Of a DNA stretch of 64,000 bases, positions 1-10,557 are shown piece by piece. Positions within the stretch are counted from its first letter, which is position 1. Each line of letters opens with the position of its first letter. Source of the stretch: Nitrospirota bacterium (GTDB taxonomy: Bacteria > Nitrospirota > UBA9217); NCBI GenBank assembly GCA_963749655.1, contig CAVVOB010000014.1, positions 1-64,000 on the forward strand. Reading direction: 5' to 3'. The position numbers and the translations under genes were made by a program. The notes below the pieces were generated by a model. It saw only the letters and a list, made by a program, of their open reading frames with translations, had not been told where the DNA came from and ran no database searches.

Positions 1-541
1 TGCTCATGTTGCTTCGACTAGAGTACGTATTGCCGACAGGCAGAGCGGACAGAACGAAGTTGTGCCTGCATCGGGAAAAACGCTGTATACGGCGAATAAT
101 ATCATCGCACTGACACAGTGAATCCTCTCATGAAAGCACTCGTTCATAATGATCGTGGCGTTTTTCCGAAAATCTGAAACAGCGCCTGGCCGTCCATCGG
201 ACCACAGGCCGCATTGAAGCGGCAGAGAGTCAAAGCAAAAATAAGAAACTCTTGCAGGTTTTTTCAGGCACAACAGTCCGCACCCCCCCTCCCCCCGGGC
301 TGTTGTGCTTTTTCTTTTTTCCGCTTCATACCGAATGATCGCATGACCGATAATTGACTCTGTTCTCCAACGCCCTTGCCTCACAGCATCCCGTCTCCCG
401 GAGACCACTCAGCTGACTCACCGCTTAATAAGTATCTTAAAAACACCAGCATCTCCCTGACTATCCACATTTTAATCAATTTTACAGACGTTTACTGGCG
501 TGCCCTTTATGACTATTTTTTACTGTTTGTACTAATTTTAC

Positions 542-571
542 TTGACAATCGGTCATCGTAAACAGTAAAAT
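542..571 (+). promoter_or_regulatory. sigma-70-type promoter candidate
   Basis: TTGACA (542-547), 18 nt, TAAAAT (566-571), upstream of the AGGAGG-preceded ORF at 646. Confidence 0.5.
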
Positions 572-645
572 ATTGTAAAAACAATAATTAATAGTAACTC
601 AGGGATTCCGGCGTTTGCCGTCGCTCTTCAAGGAGGTGCCTCATA

Positions 646-876
646 ATGACAAGTTTGGCGGAGATGATGGTGAAAAACAGCAAATCTAAGGTGCCGATCG
701 GGACGCTGCTGGTCGTTGATGAGCTGATCCTTCCCCAGGACCTTGATTTCGCCCTCGATCACCAGCGACACAGCAGAGAACTTATCGGGGAGATTCTGGT
801 TCGCATCGGAGCCCTGAATCCTGACGACCTGGACAAGGTTTTGAAGCTCCAAGAGGAGAAATCAAGCTCACACTAA
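646..876 (+). CDS. small stand-alone MshEN-like (T2SSE_N) protein
   Basis: AGGAGG RBS; two tandem motifs IGxLLVxxxLIxxxxLxxALxxQ and IGExLVxxGxLxxxxLxxxLxxQ resembling the MshEN c-di-GMP-binding repeat. Confidence 0.65.
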   Translation: MTSLAEMMVKNSKSKVPIGTLLVVDELILPQDLDFALDHQRHSRELIGEILVRIGALNPDDLDKVLKLQEEKSSSH

Positions 877-1054
877 AACGGGCAACAGGGCTTGTGCTCG
901 TTTGCCGGCCTGAGCTGAAAGCTCCGCTCCCCGTCCAGATGCATAGGCCTGACCATGCCGGGCGGATAGAACAATTTTTTCAGAGGGGTGGATTTTTTTT
1001 CGGTGCTGCTATTTGAGCTGCGCCGTTTTTTTTGTTTCGGTCCGGTCGCTGATT

Positions 1055-3580
1055 CTACCGGTCCCGGCCTTTTGTCCTGCGCGTGGGGACGGCATTCCAC
1101 GGGTCGTCGGGCCAGGGATGCCTGGGGTAGCGGCCTTTCAGGTCTTTTTTCACGTCCTGGTAGGCGCTGTTCCAGAAACCCCTTAGGTCCTGGGTGATCT
1201 GCACCGGCCGGCGCGCCGGTGAGAGCAGATGGAGCAGTACCTTTACCCTGCCGGCCGCGATCAAGGGCGTATCAGCAAGCCCGAACATTTCCTGCAGCTT
1301 CACGGAGAGGACCGGTTGGTCGCCCGACGTGTAGTCGAGGGTAATGCGGCTGCCGCTCGGCACAAGAATGGCGAGAGGCGCCCGTTCATCAAGCCGCCGC
1401 TGCTGTTCCCAGCTGAGCCTTCCCCGGAGCGCAGGCAGAAGGTCCAGTGCGCCGAGGTCCTGGCTGCTGCGCACGGCGCCCAGCCAGGGAGGAAGCCACT
1501 CTTCCGGATGACTGAACAGGAATCCGTCCGAGACGTCCGGCCACGCTTCCTCGGGAAACGCTCTTTTTATGAGTGCGACCCTGGCCTGATACTGCCTGGC
1601 TTCCCTGCTGAACGCAACCATTCCGGGACTCGTCCGGACCACTTCGCACAGAAGCGGAGCGACCTCTTCATCAGCCGGAGAAAACGGTCTTTTCGACAGA
1701 AGTAAGGCGCCAAGCCGATCCTCAACGGCTGCAACGATCCTGTTTTCCCTCCGGTCCCACTCCACCCTCCTTATCCTGGCGATACGCTCGCCGCATTCGC
1801 TCCTGATAAGGTCCTCGGTCACCGGCGCGGCGATATGGATATACCCCTCGGTCTTTTCTCCCGCATCCACCGTTACTGCGATGATGTAGGGGCTGTCTCC
1901 CAGGTAGCTGTCCCGTGTCAGCCTCACGCCCCTGCCCTGGACATGGACAAAGCGGCCGCCGCCTTCTTCGCGACGCTTGCAGATCCGGTCCGGAAAGGCG
2001 CTGAGCAGAAGCTTGGAAATGTTCTCGCGGTCCCCTGCCCTTTGTCCCGAAGAGGCGCTTCCGGGGATCAAACGCAGAAGCTGCCTGGCCGTTCTTTCCA
2101 CGGCCCGCATTGCCGACGGATCGATGCTTCTGCCGGTGTCCCCGCCCTCGCGATGACGACGGAGTGCGTCCACCCGCTCGGAAATATCGGGGTCCTCGGC
2201 CGCGCCGCCCGATCCGCCGTGCCGGAACAGGTCCCGCTCCGTCAGGAGGGCCGCCAGCTCGGCGCCGAGCCGGATGCATCCCAGTTCCCCGGAGCGTATC
2301 ATGAGACGTCCGAGGCGGGGGTGAAGCGGAAGGCGCGCCATGGCCCGTCCGGCGGCTGTGGCTGAGCCGGATTGGTCGATCGCACCCAGATCGCGAAGCA
2401 GCCGGGTTGCAGCATCCCATGCAGCAGCGGGCGGCGCATCGAGCCACGAAAGGCTAGCCGGATCGCGCACACCCCAGACAGCCAGTTCAAGCGCCAGCTG
2501 GGAAAGCTCGGACTGGAGGATCTCAGGCTGGGAGAAAGCGGGCTGTCCCTGGAGATAATGTTTTCCGTAGAGACGATAGCAGACGCCCGGGCCGAGCCGG
2601 CCTGCCCGACCCTTGCGCTGTTCGGCTGAGGCCCTGCTTGCGGGCCCCGTGACGAGCCGGTTCATTCCCGTGGATGGATCGAAGCGGAGCATGCGGGTCA
2701 GGCCGCTGTCGATCACCACGCGGACACCCTCGATGGTCAGGCTCGTTTCGGCGATGTTCGTGGCAAGGACGATCTTGCGCCGGTCCTTCGCGGGCATGAT
2801 GGCCCGCTCCTGCTCTTCAAAGGGCAGATCGCCGAACAACGGATGGAGCGACAGGCGCTCTTCTTCGCAATTGAGCGAGTCCTGCAGCTCCCGCGAAGCG
2901 GAGCGTATCTCGCCGGAGCCCGGCAGAAAGACGAGGAGGTCGCCCTCGGTCTCCCGCAGCGCAGTCTTCACAACGCCGGCGATGCGGCCGGGAAGAAGCG
3001 CGGGCCGGTCATCAAGGTAACGCTCCTCCACGGGAAAGGATTTTCCTTCCGAGCTGACGACGGCTGCTTTTCCGAGAAGCGCCGCGATCGGTCCGGAGTC
3101 GAGCGTTGCCGACATGACGAGTATTTTCAGGTCTTCGCGCAGCCCCTTGCGTACATCGAGGCAGAGCGCAAGCGCCAGATCGGCATGAATGCTCCGCTCG
3201 TGGAATTCATCGAAAATGACCATGGCAACGCCTTCGAGGCCCGGATCGGCCTGAAGACGTCGGGTCAGGATGCCCTCGGTGACGACCTCTATGCGCGTTT
3301 TCGCAGAAGACTTTGCATCGAACCGTATGGCATACCCCACGGTTTCCCCGGCTTCTTCACCAAGGGATGCCGCCATCCACCGCGCAGCGGAGACTGCCGC
3401 GATCCTGCGCGGTTCGAGCATGACTATCCTGCCCTGTTCCGGCGGGATGACGTCGAGCAGGGCAAGCGGTACGCGGGTCGTTTTGCCCGCACCCGGCGGC
3501 GCATGGACGATGACCGACGCATTGCCCGCCACTGCTGATTTGAGCGCAGGAAGTATTTGATCTATGGGATAGGCGTTCAT
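1055..3580 (-). CDS. hrpB: ATP-dependent RNA helicase HrpB
   Basis: APPGAGKTT, DEFHERS, MSATLD, ATNIAETSLTI, QRKGRAGR motifs and HrpB C-terminus (LKGRYPRHPWPDDP). Confidence 0.95.
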   Translation of the reverse strand: MNAYPIDQILPALKSAVAGNASVIVHAPPGAGKTTRVPLALLDVIPPEQGRIVMLEPRRIAAVSAARWMAASLGEEAGETVGYAIRFDAKSSAKTRIEVVTEGILTRRLQADPGLEGVAMVIFDEFHERSIHADLALALCLDVRKGLREDLKILVMSATLDSGPIAALLGKAAVVSSEGKSFPVEERYLDDRPALLPGRIAGVVKTALRETEGDLLVFLPGSGEIRSASRELQDSLNCEEERLSLHPLFGDLPFEEQERAIMPAKDRRKIVLATNIAETSLTIEGVRVVIDSGLTRMLRFDPSTGMNRLVTGPASRASAEQRKGRAGRLGPGVCYRLYGKHYLQGQPAFSQPEILQSELSQLALELAVWGVRDPASLSWLDAPPAAAWDAATRLLRDLGAIDQSGSATAAGRAMARLPLHPRLGRLMIRSGELGCIRLGAELAALLTERDLFRHGGSGGAAEDPDISERVDALRRHREGGDTGRSIDPSAMRAVERTARQLLRLIPGSASSGQRAGDRENISKLLLSAFPDRICKRREEGGGRFVHVQGRGVRLTRDSYLGDSPYIIAVTVDAGEKTEGYIHIAAPVTEDLIRSECGERIARIRRVEWDRRENRIVAAVEDRLGALLLSKRPFSPADEEVAPLLCEVVRTSPGMVAFSREARQYQARVALIKRAFPEEAWPDVSDGFLFSHPEEWLPPWLGAVRSSQDLGALDLLPALRGRLSWEQQRRLDERAPLAILVPSGSRITLDYTSGDQPVLSVKLQEMFGLADTPLIAAGRVKVLLHLLSPARRPVQITQDLRGFWNSAYQDVKKDLKGRYPRHPWPDDPWNAVPTRRTKGRDR

Positions 3581-3841
3581 GCTGGTATTCTAAAAAGATT
3601 CTACCAAAGCTCTCTGCCATGGGGAGCCGATTACAGCGACGGTTAAACGGAGTTCCTGAATTCCCTGTGTCGGCAGTGGACTGAGATGAAAGTACAATAA
3701 GCATCATGAAATTACAAGTGCCATTGTTTCAAACCTCGTACGCAGGACTTATGGCTTACAACTCAGGTCAGCAAACCGCGATGGAACGGGTGTGTTAGAA
3801 TACTTAAAGAGGATCATGCCGGAACCAAGGGAGGCAGAACG

Positions 3842-4420
3842 ATGGTCTTAAAGAAAAAACCAAAGAAAGACCAGGCCGTTTGGGCATTAATTCACGAGAC
3901 CTATTCGATCCTGCGAGATCACAACGCGAACGATGCAGAGACCATCCTTCTGCGCAAGGTCATTCAGCTCCGCTATCCTGACTGGACCAGGGCGCAAATC
4001 GACACGTTCCTCGACGACATCCCCAATATCGACATCCTGGCCAACCAGATCGTTTACCGTGAATCGGGCTTGTTCAAGGCAGGGAAACGGAGAAATCCTG
4101 CGGATTCTCCTTCTACGGTCAGAAAAACGGAATTGCGCGAGGAAAAAATAGGCCACGTGCTCCATTATTATCCCCACCTTGCCGTTGCCGTTATCGAGCT
4201 CGAAAAAGGAGCGATCAGGGAGGGCGACGTCGTCCATCTCAAGGGACCGGGCTCCGACCTCATGCAGGAGGTCGGCCTTATGGAATCGGACAACCAATTC
4301 CTCATCGAGGCCAGGAGCGGCCAGACCATCGGGCTCAGGATCGAAGGCAAGGTCCAGGAGCACGACGCGGTCTATAAAGTGAGAAACAGGCGGGGCAGCG
4401 CTGCCGGTCCACCGCCCTGA
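3842..4420 (+). CDS. hypothetical protein with C-terminal translation-factor-like beta-barrel
   Basis: GGAGG RBS; C-terminal KIGHVLHYYPHLAVAVIEL...EGDVVHLKG...GQTIGLRI...VYKV pattern. Confidence 0.6.
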   Translation: MVLKKKPKKDQAVWALIHETYSILRDHNANDAETILLRKVIQLRYPDWTRAQIDTFLDDIPNIDILANQIVYRESGLFKAGKRRNPADSPSTVRKTELREEKIGHVLHYYPHLAVAVIELEKGAIREGDVVHLKGPGSDLMQEVGLMESDNQFLIEARSGQTIGLRIEGKVQEHDAVYKVRNRRGSAAGPPP

Positions 4421-4473
4421 TTGTTGCGACACAATCTATATAATCTAAAAAAGTATCCGCAGTTTTCCTTATC

Positions 4474-4544
4474 CGTCATGCCGGACTTGATCCGGCATCC
4501 AGAGATTTAGAAAAGACTGGATTCCCGCCTTCGCGGGAATGACG
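4474..4544. repeat. palindromic REP/dRS3-like element
   Basis: GTCATGCCGGACTTGATCCGGCATCCAG...CTGGATTCCCGCCTTCGCGGGAATGAC; contains ATTCCC-N8-GGGAAT; lies between convergent genes. Confidence 0.7.
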
Positions 4545-4609
4545 ACCTTTTGGTTTGGCAGTTCGATATTGCGCACGGAACATTTGAACTTTCTTCCCTT
4601 CCGCAAGCA

Positions 4610-5716
4610 TCACTCCCCGAGCACAATACTCTTCAGCTTTTCAGCAGCCACCTCGGGACTGATCGTATTCACGAACAAACCTGACCCCAGTTCGAATCCG
4701 GTAGGAATGCTCGTGCGCGGGCAGATCTCGATGTGCCAGTGGAACGACGGAGCGCTCTCGCTATACTCTTCGCCGTGCGGGAGGGAATGGAAGAAGAAAT
4801 TGTACTGGACTCCGCCGAGCACGGCATTGAGCCGCGCCATGGTCCTGCGGAAGATCCGGGCGAGATCCGCAAGGTCTTCGGCAGTTGCCTCAAGAAAGTC
4901 TGCGCGGTGTTCGAGGGGAAGGATGTGGACCTCCCACTCATAACGGCTGGCAAAAGGTTTGATGGCCACGAAGCGCTTCGATCGCTCGATTACGAACTGT
5001 CCCACGTTGATCTTCCGCCGGATCTCACCCGAGGCGCGGTCGTAGAGCGTTGCCTCGAAGGTGAGCGCCTCGTCGATGAGACTGCAGAAAATGCAGTGAT
5101 GCCGCGTCTGGTAAAAGGCATGGCCGCTCCTGACCTCTGCCTGGACGTTATCGGGCACTACGGGCATGGCGATGATCTGGCTGTGCGTATGTCCGATGCT
5201 GGCGCCGGCTGCTGGTCCGAAATTCTTGAACACGAGCACATACTTGAGGCGAGCGTCAGAATGATAGAGCTCATCCATCCTGTGCTGGTATGTTGAGAGG
5301 AGCAGCGTCAGGTGTTCCTCGGTCATCTCGTTGAATCGTATCCCGTGGGAGGAGTGGTCGATCACGACTTCGTGCCTTCCGTATCCGTCGATGGACTGTT
5401 GCAGCCCGTAGGCGAACTGCGGGTTCTCACGGTCATTGCCAAGTACAGGATAGAGGTTTTCCACGATCCGCAGCTTCCAAGCTCCTTCAGAAGGAACCCG
5501 GGCTATCGGCGGCGGAGTTTTCGACTCATTCCCTTGGCAGAAAGGACAGGTATCCACGAGGGCCCGGTTGTCATGCGGCGCAGGCGGTTCTTCCTTCTTG
5601 GGCCGCATGCTGCGAGCCGTTGCAATGAGCACTGATTCGCTCGGCACCACGGGATTGATCCGTATTTCGCGGACGATGTTCGGCTGTCCAATTGATACGT
5701 TAGATTGTTCTGTCAT
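4610..5716 (-). CDS. galT: galactose-1-phosphate uridylyltransferase (GalT/HIT family)
   Basis: CPFC zinc motif, VENLYP, FKNFGPAAGASIGHTHSQ active-site motif, GFELGSG. Confidence 0.85.
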   Translation of the reverse strand: MTEQSNVSIGQPNIVREIRINPVVPSESVLIATARSMRPKKEEPPAPHDNRALVDTCPFCQGNESKTPPPIARVPSEGAWKLRIVENLYPVLGNDRENPQFAYGLQQSIDGYGRHEVVIDHSSHGIRFNEMTEEHLTLLLSTYQHRMDELYHSDARLKYVLVFKNFGPAAGASIGHTHSQIIAMPVVPDNVQAEVRSGHAFYQTRHHCIFCSLIDEALTFEATLYDRASGEIRRKINVGQFVIERSKRFVAIKPFASRYEWEVHILPLEHRADFLEATAEDLADLARIFRRTMARLNAVLGGVQYNFFFHSLPHGEEYSESAPSFHWHIEICPRTSIPTGFELGSGLFVNTISPEVAAEKLKSIVLGE

Positions 5717-5768
5717 GATAATTCTCCAACAAAGATAAGTATTACGTACTCAATATTGATCCGAGAGA

Positions 5769-5981
5769 TCATTTTTGATGGCCGTAAAGATAGAGCAAAA
5801 TGCTAAAAAGGATAATGATCCCTCCTGTGACTTTCAAAACCTTTGAACTAATTACCTCACCTGCTGCCGCGGAAATCCCGTTTGCAAATATGATCATGCA
5901 AAAGCCGAAAATCAATAGCGGGAAGATATGGTCGAAGAGAACTATATTGAGGTTATCATTCGCCATTACTAAATTTGTCAA
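5769..5981 (-). CDS. small AT-rich membrane protein
   Basis: two hydrophobic segments; same strand as flanking genes; start uncertain. Confidence 0.4.
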   Translation of the reverse strand: MTNLVMANDNLNIVLFDHIFPLLIFGFCMIIFANGISAAAGEVISSKVLKVTGGIIILFSILLYLYGHQK

Positions 5982-6054
5982 CCTATGAGATAGGGTTCAC
6001 TTCTGAAACAAACTCGGGAAGTTAGTTTTATTGCCCGGCTAATAATGGCTGGAC

Positions 6055-6894
6055 CTACAACGTTATCTCAACGCCCGGTTCCGCGGCGAAGCATTCCAGC
6101 GATGACCGCTTCTCCTTTACGATCCTGCGGCAGTCCGTGACGAGGCGATCGAGCTCGGCATCGGTCCGTTCCTGGTTGTGATGAAACAGGCCGAACTGTT
6201 TGACGCGGGCGCCAAGGGCCAGACGAAGCGCATCAGTGTACACGGTATGGCCCCATCCCTTTGTCATGTTGTACTGCTCGGCCGTGTACTCGGCGTCATG
6301 GAGGAGCAGGTCTGCGCCTTCGGAAAACTGGACATAGTCCTTGAATTCCTTTCCTCCGGGATGAATGTGCGTCAGTTCATTGTCGGTCAGGAAAACGAAG
6401 GTTTTCCCGCCTTCGGAAAACTTGTAGCCCTGCCCCTGGTTGGGATGGCTCAGGGGGATCGGGGTCACGCGAATTGGTCCGATCTCGAACCCTCCGTCGC
6501 AGGAACTGTGCGGGACGATCTCGGAGGGGACCTGGTTAAATTCAACGGGGAAGTAGGGCGCTGCCATGGTCTTTGCCAGGATCTGGCTGATGGACTGCTG
6601 CACCGAGGGGCAGCCGTAGAGATTGAGCTTCATGCCCTTCATGTACAGGGGTTTGAAAAAGGGGAATCCCAACAAGTGGTCCCAATGGGCATGGGTAAAG
6701 AGGATATTGAAGGTCCGCCGGTCCGATGCAATGAGCTTGTTCCCGAGTTTCCTGATGCCCGAACCCGCGTCGATGATGATGACGTCGTTGTCCCTGCTTC
6801 TGACTTCGACACAGGCCGTGTCTCCGCCGTATTTGATGAAGTCGCTGCCCGAAACCGGAATGGACCCTCGTGCTCCCCAGCAGGTAATCTTCAT
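6055..6894 (-). CDS. MBL-fold metallo-hydrolase (PhnP/RNase Z-like)
   Basis: WGARGSIP, DAGSG, THAHWDH, GWGH, FHH motifs. Confidence 0.9.
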   Translation of the reverse strand: MKITCWGARGSIPVSGSDFIKYGGDTACVEVRSRDNDVIIIDAGSGIRKLGNKLIASDRRTFNILFTHAHWDHLLGFPFFKPLYMKGMKLNLYGCPSVQQSISQILAKTMAAPYFPVEFNQVPSEIVPHSSCDGGFEIGPIRVTPIPLSHPNQGQGYKFSEGGKTFVFLTDNELTHIHPGGKEFKDYVQFSEGADLLLHDAEYTAEQYNMTKGWGHTVYTDALRLALGARVKQFGLFHHNQERTDAELDRLVTDCRRIVKEKRSSLECFAAEPGVEITL

Positions 6895-6923
6895 GTCTCA
6901 GGCTCCTTCTCGCACGGAACGGA

Positions 6924-7487
6924 TCACTTCACGCCCCACTGCTCGCGGTAACAGATCTCTGCAAGCGGCTTGCGGGGAGGCCCTTCCTTCTTTTCCTCGG
7001 TCGGATATCCCAGGGGGAAGAGTCCGACGATCCTGATCTCAGCGGGAATATTCAGAAGCGTTTTCAGCTTCTCTTCGTCGTAGATCCCCACAAACACCGA
7101 GCCCAGCCCGAGGCCGCAGGCCGCAAGCATCAGATTTTGCGCCGCAATGCCGCAGTCTGCGAGATAGTAATTCTGCCCCCAGATGACGCCGGACTGTGCG
7201 GGGTCGGCGCACAGGATGATGACGACAGGCGCTTCGGCAAGGGCTTTTTTCGAGGGATTCGACTTGTACCCCTTGGTCGCGAAAAAAGACTCCACATAGG
7301 AAAGCTCGCTGATCTTCGCTTTCATCTCCCCGTTCCGCACGACCACCAGGCGCCAGCACTGATAGTTTGCCCACGAAGGCGCCTGGCGCACTGCTTCGAG
7401 CACGGTCTGGAGCTTGTCCTCCTCCACCGCCTTATCGGAGAACTTGCGAACGCTTCTCCTTGTTTTAATCGCCTCGAACAGCTCCAT
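6924..7487 (-). CDS. nitroreductase family protein
   Basis: [34 protein letters not shown]. Confidence 0.9.
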   Translation of the reverse strand: MELFEAIKTRRSVRKFSDKAVEEDKLQTVLEAVRQAPSWANYQCWRLVVVRNGEMKAKISELSYVESFFATKGYKSNPSKKALAEAPVVIILCADPAQSGVIWGQNYYLADCGIAAQNLMLAACGLGLGSVFVGIYDEEKLKTLLNIPAEIRIVGLFPLGYPTEEKKEGPPRKPLAEICYREQWGVK

Positions 7488-7714
7488 GATATTCTCCTCT
7501 CAAATAAGGGAGGTCGTTGAAAACCCTTTGGAATCAGGCGTCTCGTTTACGATAGTAGTATAAAAAACCGACAAAGGCAAGTGCTTTGAAAGGGTATTTT
7601 CAGGGTAGACGACGGGCAGGCGCAGGCAGGTATCATACAGGAAAATGGAATCTTTGCAGACAGCCTCCCCATCGCACGGAGTTTGCTACAATACAGGAAT
7701 ATGGAGGGTAAGAA

Positions 7715-8935
7715 ATGATCACAGACATCGTCATTATCGGGGGAGGCTTCGGCGGGCTCGAGGCGGCCTTTACTCTCAAGGAGCAGTTGGGCGACCGCGG
7801 CAAGATCACCGTGGTCGACAAAAGCCGCTTTCACGCCTTTCTCCCCTCCATCCATGAAATAAGCTCCGGAAAGATATCGAGCCACAGCATTCAAATCCCG
7901 CTCGAGACCATCCTTAAGCCCGCCGGGATGAGCTTTGTGAACGACCGCGTCTCGCGAATCGAGCCGAGAGAGCATAAGGTCGTGCTCGACGGAAACGAAG
8001 CGCTCCATTACGATTATCTCGTCCTATCCTCCGGTGCGGAGAACGACTTTTTCAATATCGCAGGCGCGCAGAAGTACTCATGCCACTTCCGGACGATTGC
8101 AGATGCGGAGTGCATCCGCGACAACATCGCGGAACTTCTTGCCAATCAACCCCGGCCGCTCCACGTGGTCCTGGCAGGCGGAGGCACGGAAGGCGTTGAA
8201 GTGGCGGGAGAGGTGCTGGATAGGATCATTGAGAGCGGACATGAATTCGAGCTTGCTTCAGGCGACATCACGATCAGCCTTATCGAAGGCCGGGAGCAGA
8301 TCCTGCCGGGGTTTCCGCCTGCGGTGCGTGATTATGCAGCCCACTACCTCGCAAAGCGCAGGGTGAAGCTCATAACCGGCCAGCGGATAACGGACGTGAA
8401 ACAGGGCTCGCTCGTCCTCGGCGCGGACGGGAAGATTCCTTTTTCGTTGCTTATCTGGACAGGAGGCATCAAACCATCGCGTCTGATCAGGGAGCTCCCC
8501 CTGCCGAAAGACAAGGACGGCTGGCTCGTCGTGACGCCGCAACTCAACTCACCCGACGACGAAGCAGTCTACGGCGTGGGTGATGTCGTCAGCATCGTGG
8601 GCAGCGACGGGACAGTGCCGCTGCAGCGGCTTGCCTACCATGCTCAGGACCAGGCAATTGTCGCGGCCCTGAACATCGTTGCCCGTACTCAGGGCGGGAA
8701 ACTGATCTCCTATGCGCCGCGGAGCAAGCCGCGGATGATTTCGATCGGAAGGGGCATGGGTCTCTTTGTGCAGGACGACAAATTCCGTGCGGGCTCCTGG
8801 GTCGTTGCACTCAAAAAGGCCGTGGAGCGGAAACATCTGCTGACCTGCGTAAGCAGGCCCCTTCTCTCGCGTGTACTGCCAAGCATCCCCGGGATGAGCC
8901 TCATCAGTCGAGGCCGCATGCTCCTGCCCTTCTGA
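7715..8935 (+). CDS. NAD(P)/FAD-dependent oxidoreductase (type II NADH dehydrogenase-like)
   Basis: GGGFGG and GGGTEGVE Rossmann motifs, YDYLVLSSG, IWTGG, VYGVGD. Confidence 0.85.
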   Translation: MITDIVIIGGGFGGLEAAFTLKEQLGDRGKITVVDKSRFHAFLPSIHEISSGKISSHSIQIPLETILKPAGMSFVNDRVSRIEPREHKVVLDGNEALHYDYLVLSSGAENDFFNIAGAQKYSCHFRTIADAECIRDNIAELLANQPRPLHVVLAGGGTEGVEVAGEVLDRIIESGHEFELASGDITISLIEGREQILPGFPPAVRDYAAHYLAKRRVKLITGQRITDVKQGSLVLGADGKIPFSLLIWTGGIKPSRLIRELPLPKDKDGWLVVTPQLNSPDDEAVYGVGDVVSIVGSDGTVPLQRLAYHAQDQAIVAALNIVARTQGGKLISYAPRSKPRMISIGRGMGLFVQDDKFRAGSWVVALKKAVERKHLLTCVSRPLLSRVLPSIPGMSLISRGRMLLPF

Positions 8936-9019
8936 AGGATTCAAAATATCGGTTCAGCGTTCTTACAACTGGCCACCCCGCTCGAAAGACAGCACAAGAC
9001 CAATCCTCCTTGAAAATAA

Positions 9020-9050
9020 ACCGGCACGGAAAGGATATTTCCGTGCCGGT
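9020..9050. terminator. hairpin between convergent genes
   Basis: ACCGGCACGGAAA-GGATA-TTTCCGTGCCGGT, 13-bp stem. Confidence 0.6.
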
Positions 9051-9086
9051 CTCCAGCACAATAGTTACCGACCATCTCTGCCGCTC

Positions 9087-9527
9087 TCACGCGGCTTTCG
9101 ACATTACCAGCTTCGACTCGAGCCTGACATCCACGCCGGTCAATGCCATGGACACAGGACAGGTCTTTTTCGCCTGTTCCGCTTTCTCCCGGAATTCCCG
9201 TTCACTAATCCCCGGGACCTTCCCTTCCGTTGACAGCTCTATGGTCTTGATCTTGAATCCCTCGCCTTCCTTGTCCATTATCACCCTGGCACTCGTGTGG
9301 ACATGTTCCACCCTGAATCCCGCCAGTTCCAGGAGCGCAGCCAGCTGCATGCTGAAGCATCCGGCATGCGCTGCCCCTATGAGCTCTTCCGGGTTGGTCC
9401 CTGAACCTTGTTCGAACCGAGATCCGAAGGAATAAGCGCTTTCGAACCTGCCGCTGCCGAGCGTAACCTTTCCCTTTCCGCCTTTCAAACCCCCTTCCCA
9501 CTGGGCTTCTGATGTGCGCACTATCAT
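9087..9527 (-). CDS. osmC: OsmC peroxiredoxin
   Basis: GTNPEELIGAAHAGCFSM and AKKTCPVS motifs. Confidence 0.92.
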   Translation of the reverse strand: MIVRTSEAQWEGGLKGGKGKVTLGSGRFESAYSFGSRFEQGSGTNPEELIGAAHAGCFSMQLAALLELAGFRVEHVHTSARVIMDKEGEGFKIKTIELSTEGKVPGISEREFREKAEQAKKTCPVSMALTGVDVRLESKLVMSKAA

Positions 9528-9745
9528 GACAACCTCCTCGCGAGGACTGTCTTCTGAAGTATCAGGCAGTCCGTCGGCTTTTCTGCACTAATTGTATCAC
9601 CGCGGACATGCCGAGGACATCAGACAAAAGTATCTTCAGACTCGTTGTCGACGAAGTGAGACCCGCCGGCGGTTGTTTTATTTTTTATCAAGCCTGTGAT
9701 ATACTGATCTGGATTGTACTGTAATGAAGAGGGAAGGGGTCTTCC

Positions 9746-10207
9746 ATGCCGAATACTTCCGTGCTCCTGCGCTGCAGATCGTGCAGAACACTGAACCGGG
9801 TGCCCGCGGACAAGCTGGAAAGCGGACCGCGCTGCGGCCAGTGCAGCACTCCCCTCGAATTTCCCCATGCGCCCATCCATGTGACCGCGGCAAGCTACGA
9901 TCAGCAGATCAAGGACTGGCCCGAGGTTGTCCTGGCGGAATTCTGGGCAAAGTGGTGCGGCTACTGCCGCGCCATTGAGCCCTTTTTGAACGATCTGGCA
10001 ATACGACGGGCGGGACGCCTCAAGATCATCAGGATCGACGTCGACGCCGAACAGGCCCTTGCCCGCCGCTTCACCACCAAGGCCACTCCTACCTTCATCC
10101 TCTATCGAAACGGGGAGCAGATCGCGCGCTTCGACGGCGCTCCGGTCCAGAACAGGGAGCTGGAATACTGGATCGACCGCTCCCTGCAGCAGCCACCTCA
10201 GTCCTGA
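9746..10207 (+). CDS. trxC: thioredoxin with N-terminal zinc finger (Trx2/TrxC-like)
   Basis: CRSC...CGQC zinc motif and WCGYC active site. Confidence 0.8.
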   Translation: MPNTSVLLRCRSCRTLNRVPADKLESGPRCGQCSTPLEFPHAPIHVTAASYDQQIKDWPEVVLAEFWAKWCGYCRAIEPFLNDLAIRRAGRLKIIRIDVDAEQALARRFTTKATPTFILYRNGEQIARFDGAPVQNRELEYWIDRSLQQPPQS

Positions 10208-10321
10208 ATACCGCGGCGTCCGACGCACATCCCCTTTTCCTGATGAACCGCTGAAACCACTTTACAAACCACGATCTTAAATTTTGAGCCAAAGTTCTTT
10301 ACGTCAAGTCAAAACCAAATT

Positions 10322-10409
10322 TTCGCGCGAAGGCGCCAAGACGCAAAGAAAGGCAGCTCACTCGACCCGATGTAAGCTTTACTTCGCGCCTTTGCGGCTT
10401 TGCGCGAGA
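10322..10409. repeat. periodic 8-mer inverted-array hairpin
   Basis: TCGCGCGAAGGCGCCAAGACGCAAAG ... CTTCGCGCCTTTGCGGCTTTGCGCGA. Confidence 0.65.
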
Positions 10410-10557
10410 TGCTTTTGATTTTTGTCTTGCTTCATTGGTCTGAGGCGGAGCCTCGCTCATGCTTTTCTCGGCGTCTCTGCGCCTCTGCGGTAGATTTAGA
10501 TCTCGTCGAAAGCAACACGAGGAAAGGGAATAAACCTGAGGAAAAACGGAGGGAACG

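Noticed and set aside
4-408. 134-aa minus-strand ORF and other long antisense ORFs (e.g. 33522-35156, 57366-58610)
   Set aside because: No recognisable motifs; the long ones are shadow ORFs typical of GC-rich coding DNA.
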